From NCBI GenBank assembly GCA_963924565.1, contig OZ004613.1, positions 25,234,001-25,298,000 on the forward strand: a DNA stretch of 64,000 nt. Direction: 5' to 3'. The position numbers and the translations under genes were made by a program. The DNA is from Ascidiella aspersa (taxonomy: Eukaryota). Shown here one piece after another: positions 54,276 to 64,000 of this stretch (the stretch's first letter is position 1; each line of letters begins with the position of its first letter). The notes beneath the pieces were generated by a model. The model had not been told where the DNA came from and made no database searches. It saw only the letters and a list, made by a program, of their open reading frames with translations.

Positions 54276-55295
54276 CAGTGCTCCGCAACCGGTGTGCCGT
54301 GAGACCATGTCAGGTGTGCCGCGACGTTACCGTATGTGTGTTAACTTGCGTTTTTTAATTGTACTTTGTACAGCAGATTTTAACGAAAATGATGCAAGGC
54401 AGACATTTTAACTCTATGCAATAATCAATGTAAATTTTCCTTAATATATAAAACTATGACCTTTCAACCGCCGGAAGTCAAATTTTAAAACATCTTTCTA
54501 ACTAACTCATTAACAGGAGTATAAATTTTCAGCAAATGATTTCTAACCATGATATAACTAAAACTAAAATCTTCGAAAAAAATGGCTAAACCTGTCGGAA
54601 TCTACCTAAAGTTGATGGGAATAAGGCCTTAATTGACAGTAATGACTAAAAATGTAACGATGGAATGTGGAATGATCGGGGTTCATCAGTTTGACATTGG
54701 ATGTCAACGTTTCGGCGTTCTACTTTGAATAGCGATTACGGCGCTGTTAAGTCGCCGCTGTTTTAACATTGGGTTGTTTCCCCTGTTTGGGGTAAGTGGT
54801 GGGTAGTGAGTGGGATTAAATATTAAGTTAGGGTTGAGATTGAGGAGTTAGTGATGAATTTAGGGGTAGGGTTTGAGGTTATGTAATAGGTTGTATAGGG
54901 CTTATTTCGAAATTTAGGTCTAATTTCGACAGGTCAGGATTTATTCCGATTTAGACGATAGTATACGACTATTAGGTATTAGTCCTATTTTGGTCTTATT
55001 CCGAACTGTGTTTTAGTTCGACGTTGATGTTGTTTTAATTTCGGTCTTATGGCTGAAGTCCTTTTGGCCGTCTTAAGATATTTTAAAAGACCGTAAAACC
55101 GTAAATTCAGAAGATAAGAGAATGTAAAACGTCAAATTTTCGGTGCGTTAATCGTAAATTGCACATTATTCTCTGAGCAGCCTGCTATTATGCTTTTGTT
55201 GTCTATTGTCAATCGTCATATATTTCGTAGGTGTGCCTTCAATTTTGTTTACCTGTGTTGGTGTGCCTCAAGTGAAAAAAGGTTGCGGAGCACTG
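54276..55295. mobile_element. hAT non-autonomous element (1020 bp) carrying a nested repeat (~54545-55061)
   Basis: Perfect 15-bp TIR cagtgctccgcaacc and perfect TSD ctctagaa. A related decayed copy lies at ~18130-18790. Confidence 0.9.
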
Positions 55296-55655
55296 CTCTA
55301 GAACCCGCACCCACCACCTATGTAACGTTTATGTAAAACTCTGTGCTAAATCATTTTGGTACCAAATTGAACTATTTGAAATCGATCTGTCCGTTTTACG
55401 GTTTAACGAGAGATTGTTTACTGAAGTTAAAGATGAAAATGGCAGCAAACAGCACGAGGCAATAAACAGAAATAGTACCAACTTAACAGCAAATAATTTA
55501 GTAATTCGGCTGACACCAATCCATTTGCGTCACCGTTTTAGGTGACCAATGATTTAAACGGTAATATTATGAATTTAGGGCCAATGTCAATAAGATTGAA
55601 AGCAGCTTTTATTTGCTATTTTCCTTTGATTTTAAGGAAAGCTGGAACATTCTCT

Positions 55656-58600
55656 CTACAACCTTGATTTACGGGTTAGAGCCTCTCTGGAAAGCCTAAC
55701 CACCTCCAATGCACAGCCCCAGTGCTGGGCAATCCCCTTGGCTCCGTGTCCGTAGTTATGAACAACCGGCAATAACTTCGCGCCGCTTCGCGAATCCGAA
55801 CTTATCCGAACTAGCTCGGTCTCGATTCGCGCGCCTCCGATTCGACACGGTCTGATGCCCACGTCCGTGTAGCGCTCCACAGCATCTTCTGACCGAGGGT
55901 AGAGGGTCTTGCATTTGTGACGAATGTGCTCGGTGTCTTTGGGGTCCACGTGGGTGTCAAAACGCCCCACCTGGTACACCCCACCGATTAGTACGTCATC
56001 ATTTCTCGGTGCCATGACTGTTTCTGCAGCCAAGTAGACCTTGTCAATGAAGGGAGCGTCCACGCTGATGTATTGGCCTATAAACGTCAGTTTTACTTTG
56101 AAATATTAAATATGATTGTAGTCATTTGGCAAAAACATTTTGTATGTCAATATTTTTTTTATATTTTGTCAAAGAAAAACGTTTAGTCGTCCACATAAAG
56201 TTTTTTAATTGTCTCCGAAAATGAAAATTAGTATCTATTCTAGAGGCAGTTTTCAACGCCTTTTATGAGCTTTTAATAACTAAATATTTATACATTACCA
56301 GTATTGTTCTGTTTTGGCCAAAGACATTTCTGTTAAAAAACATTCCTGTCAAAAACATTACAAATAAACAATCAAAAAAACATTAATAAAAACAAGTTTC
56401 AAAGAAAACAAATTTTAACGATGCATGAATTCTATACATATAGCCGTTGAAATCTCAAACATAAACACAAAACCGCCACCCTAGAAAAAAACTGACAATA
56501 AAATATAAATCTGGTATGGCCTAAAGTAACCTCTGACAGGAATCATCTTTCGATCAGAGGTCAACGACCCGGCTCCAGCTCCTGTGCAGTTCACAACTAG
56601 GTCATATGAATGCCCCAGCTGATTGATTGAGGTCACTTCTCGTTCGACAAATGTCACAGCTGGTCCACCGCTCCTGTTTGCAAACGATATATCAGACGTG
56701 TTTTACCGAATATTATATTTCTTCATTTGTAAAATTCAGTTTCAATAAAGCCTAACATATTCTCTTCGACAAAAGAGGATACAGCTGATTGTATAAACCA
56801 GGGGTGGGCAACCTACGGCCTGCCGGTCAGACCCGGCCCGCCAACGCTAATCATGCGGCCCGCGAAACTAATTATAAACTGGGCACGAAGCCATTCCTCA
56901 TATTTTTATGGCAGTTTCAACTAATTAGAAGCAACTTTTTTGTTTTTAAGTTAGCAAAACTGTAATTATATAAGGCCTTGATACTGTCGATGATAGGTGT
57001 ATTACAAATAGACAGAAATCATGCAATGGCACTTTGAAAATACTTTGTGCTCAAAAGGGATTAGAAAAATTTTTCAGTTTTATTCCTAAAGTTGGCAAAA
57101 AACTAAGTTTGTACAGCTGTGGAGTGGTGCCCAACTCAAAACGAAACCATTAAAATCATTGCTAAAAATTTAAATATTGAAGTAGAGCTCGCGCCCATGT
57201 GCTTTTCTTATAGCAATGAAGCAATGTTGTTTATTGAAAAATCAAGTCGTGAGCCACCAATATGATTTCAGAAAAAAAAATAAACCACTTCACCGTTATT
57301 TTAATGCCAACGCACTTATATAATCAACAGTGTTTTGTTATAGCTTGTATGGTTCTAAACTCCGCGTGGCAGCAAACAAAACATCATAACTTAGCTTTAA
57401 TAAGTGAATAGAACTGTTGTTGTAACATACTCTCGCAAACCAAAAGCAAGAACACAACAAAATATGCAATTAGCTTCGAGGGTATTTCTCAACTTTGCCA
57501 ACCGATCGAACTTTATTTTTAGTTTACCACATTTTCACAAGCTCTAAAGTAGTTAAATTACCTATATTATGTTTTCAAAGACATTCAAATTTAAATAGCA
57601 AACATCCAGACTGATGGACTAACTGGACGACAACAAAATATATATTTAGATATAATTCAATAATGAATGCATTGCAGCCGTTTTTTGTAGCTTATTACCT
57701 TTTCTTCTTTCGTCTCAGCTTTTCCATAAGCCAAGGCAGGTATTTGCTGGTGTCAATCACATAGCAGGGTGCGACGTAGCCGGTAATAGAGCCGTTTCCC
57801 AACGAGCCGAAAACCAACAGTCTGGCGCCCTCTTCCGTCAGATGACTAAACTCCTGCATTTCCCGCATGGTGGCGCTTCTGCATCCCAACGCTTGTCGAT
57901 GTTTCGGGGGAACTTTTTTAAGGGTACAACAAGCATTTTAAACAGACAGTAGAGAAATGCTTTGAAGCAGAAAACATATAAATATTTTGATTAACATTAA
58001 ACAAGCAGTAGGGGAATATTAATTAAAATCGTTTAATTGTATTGTTGTTAAATCAGAGTCGGCAAACTTTTTTGTCGCGGCCCAAAGTAGTCTTTTCAGA
58101 GCTATTGAAGGCCCACTACGTAAAACTACTACGAAAACAGCGTCGAATTTAAGATATTTTTTTTTTAATGGCATAGTGCAAAAGCACACTTTAAAAGAAT
58201 ATACGCGCGAAGCAGGACATTTTTGTCAATTACTTACAGTTAAAGTTGGCAAAAAATATAGTTCGACAGGCTCTCAAGACCACATTTGGCACGTGGGTCT
58301 GAACCACACTGAAACCATATAAAAATACCATATAAAAATAAATATAAAAATACAGTCTACCACAAAGTGCAATGAATGTAGCCCGCAGCTATCAGACGGC
58401 CCGTAAATATTCAATAACACTAAACTATTCAAAAGTAACTCGCGGCCCAACAAAAATGGCTCTGCGCGCCACATTTAGGCCGCGGCCCTCAGTTTTTCGA
58501 TAGGTGGTAAACTTATTCGTGGAAGCATAACTAAAGAACGCTTACTTACGTTTCGCATCTATGATATCTTGTGACGTGTTAAAAAGCAAGATGGCGTCCC

Positions 58601-59460
58601 TGTGACGTAATCCGGCGGCCTCAGGCTCGGTTAAATAAACTCGGGAACACCAGGCCTGAGTGGCCACCACGTGGTCGTTGGTATTGGGGGCGTCGAATTT
58701 ACCGAGACCCCTGTTGGTCACAACTCCGAAGCCGTGTGCGCTGAAATTGAATCGGTTTTAAACGAATATTTTTTGTAACCCAAGATGTTCACACAACCGC
58801 TCTTCAATACGATAAATGTGAACCCAATTATTGTTTGCCGTGCGATTTGGCGTAGAAAGGTGCCACGTGCCAGTGTGTTGGTGGCCAACGGAATATAAGG
58901 CTGAAGTTAGTCTTGCTGTAGATAATCATTAAAATGTGATAGCTATATTATATTAGAAATCTATTTGAACCACATGTGGCCACCATGTCTAAAAAGTGGT
59001 TAAAACTAACGAAACGACGGTAATTTTGGTGCCAACGGCGTGTTATTCGTGAAATCCCCCAGGTTAACTATTTAATATATTGTAGCTAAAGGTCAATTGC
59101 GTATTTTGGACAATCGTTGTTGTCTTTGATAGATTTTCCAACTTATAACTCAAAAAATACCTCTTGTGCAACCCCTTTTTCTTGGTGCACCCCCATATTT
59201 TTGCCAACTATGAACTCACAAATAATTGTTACTTGAATTCGCTTTTTATTTCCCGCCCATAGTTTGTGATGTCGCGCATTTTTCAGTACTACGATGCACA
59301 CAAGATAACTAAAGCGTATTTACCTGCAGACATTTTTCTTGCTCGGAAAAAATTCCAACGCTATCACATCGACGCTGCTGTCAGGAAATTGTTCAGTCAG
59401 GCATAACGCTGAAGCAAGGCCTTGAATTCCAGCTCCGATTACAGCAATTGAAAACGACAT
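55656..59460 (-). CDS. DAO/DDO-family flavoprotein, paralogue 4 (368 aa, SRL)
   Basis: Exons 59460-59324, 58740-58550, 57912-57699, 56673-56531 and 56077-55656, with the same sizes as the other three. Reads GIRPCR instead of GIRPGR. Confidence 0.92.
58053..58506. mobile_element. hAT-like MITE; inverted partial copy at ~62365-62640
   Basis: The terminus cagagtcggcaaactttttg is the reverse complement of aaaagtttgccgaccactg, which ends at 62640. The internal gaccacatttggca is shared. Confidence 0.65.
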
Positions 59461-61508
59461 ACCTAAATACAGCAGTCTAGCCTATTCGACAAAGCAACTC
59501 TTATTTGTACAACTGTAATAACTGATAACACTATAGTAGCAAAATCATGGGATAGTTACATATATTGTGTTTGTACGCCAATTCCTATATTCCTGGGATG
59601 TTTTTATTTAATTTGGGTAATGTTAGTTAATTCTGAACTTTAATGTCTTCATTATAACAAATCCGAAACTATTTAACGTTCATGCAACCCAACTGCTGCA
59701 TTGTGTCAATAAGTTTATGCTTTCAACGTGTTTTTGACTTATAATTGCAAAAACGTCCTACTTTGAATCTCGTATTGTAAATTGGTTAACCATACTGCCT
59801 AAATATTTTTCAGTCGCTTTAGTTAAACGCTGTGCGGAAGCGACGCCTTTCGCGTTTTGCTTCGAAAAGGAAACCACAGGTCGTTTGTCAAATTCGCTCC
59901 CGATTTGCTTCAGCAAATGATCGATTCTCAAAAATCGCATGGCACAGCATTAAGTCAAATAGACTAATATATAGAACAGGGGTGACCAAACACGCAGCTC
60001 TACGCCCAGTTATATGCGACTCTTACGTTCATGTTGCACATATAATTTGGTTTCTACTTCCTTTGGTTAAGTTATGGATTATTGTGGGTTTCGACTCTTT
60101 TTTCGCGCTTTGCGCGATCGCTTTGTGGAGTGAGTAAGAAACCCCATTCATTTCTTTCCATGTGTGTAAGGTGTGGCTTTTAGCGGTTAACCAGGTAATA
60201 AATGCAGCTCTTGGTATATGATTGGTTGGCCTCACCTGATATAGAACGTGGCTCATTTTGCGTATATTCATCATAAAACGAATGCCTGTTCGCGTTATAT
60301 ATCCAACATGTTGATTTTTAATGTGACAAACTTCTTAAGTCAACAGTAAAGCTGTTTAATAATACTAGTTTATAGATGTTTGTCTAAACAGCCTAAAAGC
60401 TTATCGAATTGTAACTGGTATTAAAATTGAATCCCATGTATCGTACCACAATGTTGTTAATCATTTTTTTAGTAAAATGGCATTTTCTGGTGTATAATAC
60501 AGTCGGGTAGATATGCTTCCTAGGGCCTGTCCTACAGTACTTGTCTGTTACACGTTCGATATACTACAATGACCTGGGGACAATTAACACAGCGGAAAAT
60601 TATAATATCTGTAAATATAATAAAACGAAATATATTCCGAGTTTTACTCGGTTGCTTACGAAAAACAGCGACTACAATAACTACATTTTATATGGAAACT
60701 TGACTTAAACTTGTTTGTCGGTTTTGTCCAAAATAGATCTTGTTTTTAAAATATTTGATTTTCGCTAAATTATAGTATGATTTTCATTGCCGTTACGATC
60801 TAATAATCAGTTACCATAGAATACTAATTGCAAACCAACCATCGAAGACATGTAAACTCTGTGGTATGCGGTTTATATTTAAACGCAAAAAGTGTAATAG
60901 AAACCTTAAATCGCATTTACAAACAATGAAGCTAAACTCATAAATCACTAACGTGTTATTAGTTTTACAAATAACAAAACCCCACTCTCTACCCAGAGCC
61001 GACCAGCGATAATGTGTTTACCGATCAAAATAGTACCTTTCATCCAAAGAGATTTAAACTTTAAAGTCTCTTTGTTTCATCCCAGATGTTTTTTCAGAGT
61101 TTACAACTAATAACGTTTCTATTGCAATTACCGTAAACATTTTTGCTTTCGGCTATTTCAAACCAGCGCCCTCCAAAAAACTCTGCTGCGTTTTAAATGT
61201 TTAAAAATAATTTTTTAACGCAAAAAGCTTTACTTTCAATAACAAAATCGTAAATTGTGGCTTGATTACATGTTCATTGTTTTGCAAGAAATCTATACTT
61301 TATAGTGATTGCTGATTGCAATATAAGATTTTGTTGAAATTTAATTTTGATCACGTATAAATAAGCGATTTTAAAATCTTACGTGGTATGCGGCGATAAA
61401 AAAATATGTAAAAAAGTATTTTTACCGAACAACACAAATACGTCAACGACTTGTCATTCCGTCAACAATACGAATTTCAATAACTTTTTTATTTCATTTT
61501 CCATCGCG

Positions 61509-61718
61509 ATGGCTGATCTGCAAGCATATGTTGCGGAACAAAAGGGTAAAAGTAAATCCATAGCTTCGGACAGCGAGTCAGACTCTGCCAGCCTTTTGTC
61601 ATGGATGCCGTCATCAGTTAACATAACAATGCCAAATGTGTTCAGTAAAGAGCCCAGTGAAAAGAAAGAGTCGACGTGGTTTAGCGAAGCAAAAAGCGAT
61701 CCTATGTGCCCTGCCTTG
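61509..61718 (+). CDS. SFT2D3: Vesicle transport protein SFT2C-like, first coding exon (rest beyond the window)
   Basis: MADLQAYVAEQKG...WFSEAKSDPMCPAL followed by a gtaagt donor at 61719 (210 nt, phase 0). It resembles the N-terminus that precedes the L(S/T)xxQR Got1/Sft2 domain, recognised from memory. Confidence 0.7.
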
Positions 61719-61857
61719 GTAAGTTTGCTAGACAAATAATCATACAATTTGGTAATATTTTCCGGATGTTGTCGTTCTTAAATATAATCGTGTTACAACC
61801 ACTAAAGAGTGTGCACAAATTTATTGTTTGCTGCAGCTAACCAACAACAAATAATTC

Positions 61858-62061
61858 GGCGCTGGTCTAGAATCCTACCACAACGAAACACCACTATGGG
61901 TTAGGGTGCGGGTTAGCGTTTGGGTGAGGGTGGGTCAAGTATTATTATTGAACAAAGAATATAATAATACTTGACCCACCCACACCCAAACGCTAACCCG
62001 CACCCTAACTCAAATTTTGTGCGTTGATTTTAGAACTGTGGTAGGATTCTAGACCAGCGCC
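61858..62061. mobile_element. Foldback/palindromic MITE (204 bp)
   Basis: 25-bp perfect TIR ggcgctggtctagaatcctaccaca plus ~50-bp inner inverted arms, with flanks aataattc/aataattt. Solo ends at ~3390 and ~63578-63602. Confidence 0.85.
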
Positions 62062-63707
62062 AATAATTTTTTAAATATGGAGGGTTGGAAAGTAAGGCCC
62101 ATTTTACCGCCCAGCCGCGGTCATAGCCACGCATTTCGTGTAAAATCAACGTTAAATGCGGTCAGCCTTAAAAAAATCGTTCAAATGCGTAAAACTTTCC
62201 TCGCGCTAACGGTTTTCAGGGTGATACTCCATTTTCAGCTGTGCAAATTTTGCAAATAACGTTATTATAGCAGCGCAAATTTAGGCGGAAATGTTTTTTT
62301 AGCCGCGCAATTTCAAGCTGCAATATTGTCTCCCATGTGCAAAATCAGAAATGTCCAATATCTGGGTTCAGACCCACATGCCAAATGTGGTCCTGGGAGC
62401 TTGTCGAACTATATTTTTTGCCAACTTAAACCGTATGTAATTGAAAAATTGTTCGTGCTTCGCGCGTATATTCTTCGTTTTATAGTATGTTTTACATTAT
62501 AATATGCCAATGTTTTGTGCAACAAGGCCTCGTGTTATATTTCACTTAAAAATCGTATCCTGAAATCTTTTTTGTAGTGGGCCTTTAATAGCTCTGAAAA
62601 CAGTACTTTGGGCTGCAACAAAAAAGTTTGCCGACCACTGTCCTAAAGGCGAGAATCAAGAAATTTATGCCAAAGTCTCTTACTCCTTATATTAATCTGG
62701 TTCAAATGTACAAGCAGCTAAAATGACAGTCCTTAAAACTAATTGAATTCTATACAAAGTCACTTCACTCATAATGTATTATTGCTCATTAAGTATATTG
62801 GCAGTTAAATCACAGTACATGCGATAAAATAAAGCTGTGTTTCGAGCTCGAATGCAATTATACGCAAACTGCAGAAATTGCACTTGTGTAAGGTGTGGAC
62901 AAAATGTTAACTTTCTTGTTGTGTGTTATTTTAAAGAGGTGCCTTGTCCAGCTATTACTAATTGTAAATTTATTTAGCTAAAAGTTGGGTTTTGTTTGGA
63001 TCTGGGTTTACCTTATGGTATTATTAAGTTTAATTTGTGTAGTTTTGCATTATTTCAATTATTTATACTCTAACAACGTCATGACATAACTTTGTAAAAG
63101 CATTCCTGACAAAAAACATGTTATATGGCACTCAATTTGGCTAATTGCTCCACTTTGTCATTTTTGAGTGTACAGACATGCTTTAAAGTTTCAGCACTCG
63201 TCAAAAATCCCACCACAGTTTCATTTAGGGTGTGAGTTTGGGTAGGTAAAGTATTATTACTATATATTTATTCTCCCATATTTTAATTTCTTTCTTCCAA
63301 TTTTAATATGACAACTCCTTTTGTTACTTTTAAAAAGTTAGCATTCTTGACCAGACAAAGTACGATATATATTGTTCCATAAAATATGCTCAAATGTTAA
63401 TTTTCTTGTTGTGTATTATTTGAAACAGGGCACCTATCTCACCACAGTTTTGTTCAGATTTTGTATTACTATCATTTTTGGTTGGGTCAAGTATTACTAC
63501 TATATTTATTCTCCCATATTTTTGTTTCTTTTTTGCACTTTTAATTTAACAACTTGGTTTGATACTTTTTAAAATAAGTGGTAGGATTCTAGACCAACGC
63601 CAATGTATGATGTATATTGTTCCGGAAAATACGCTTATTTGATGAATATATATGTTTTTTTGGCAGATGAAAATGTTAGTAAAAGTACATATATATATAT
63701 ACATAAT

Positions 63708-63739
<32 letters not shown>

Positions 63740-64000
63740 CCTGCCTCTGATTTGAAACTAGATACAAGTTTTTTTATAAAACTTTAATATTTTTTAATAC
63801 CATAACAGGTAAAATATAGAAGAACATACATTGGATACAATTGTAAACCTTTGATCTAAGTAAAACTGTATTTATTCCTAATTACCAGTAACTTTTATTG
63901 TGTTATATATTTAAAACATAGCCATCAGATTTTTTAATATATATAAATATATAGTCGATTATGTTAAACGCATTTCATAATGATATTTTTAGTCAAGAAA

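Overview
AT-rich, intron-containing animal genomic DNA. It looks like an invertebrate, possibly an ascidian-type chordate, but the taxon cannot be fixed from sequence. Three things are present. (1) From 1 to 28 kb there is a tandem/inverted array of a 3-exon gene. It encodes a type-II membrane SGNH/PC-esterase-like enzyme (GDS...DxxH) with an 8-Cys hevein-like module. Copy A is 5'-partial (+), B (+) and C (-) are intact, D (-) has a 1-nt frameshift in exon 1, and E (-) is an orphan frameshifted exon 1. (2) From 32.5 to 59.5 kb there are four intact tandem minus-strand paralogues of a peroxisomal (C-terminal SRL) D-amino-acid/D-aspartate oxidase-family flavoprotein. All have coding exons of 137/191/214/143/422 nt (368 aa) and a non-canonical active site. 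(3) At 61.5 kb is the first coding exon of a divergently oriented SFT2D3-like gene. Introns and spacers hold many non-autonomous hAT (Buster-type, nnnTAnnn 8-bp TSD) elements, tRNA-derived SINE relics and a foldback element. All gene models were built by hand from splice signals, phase arithmetic and paralogue comparison. Family assignments come from recalled motifs, not from database searches.
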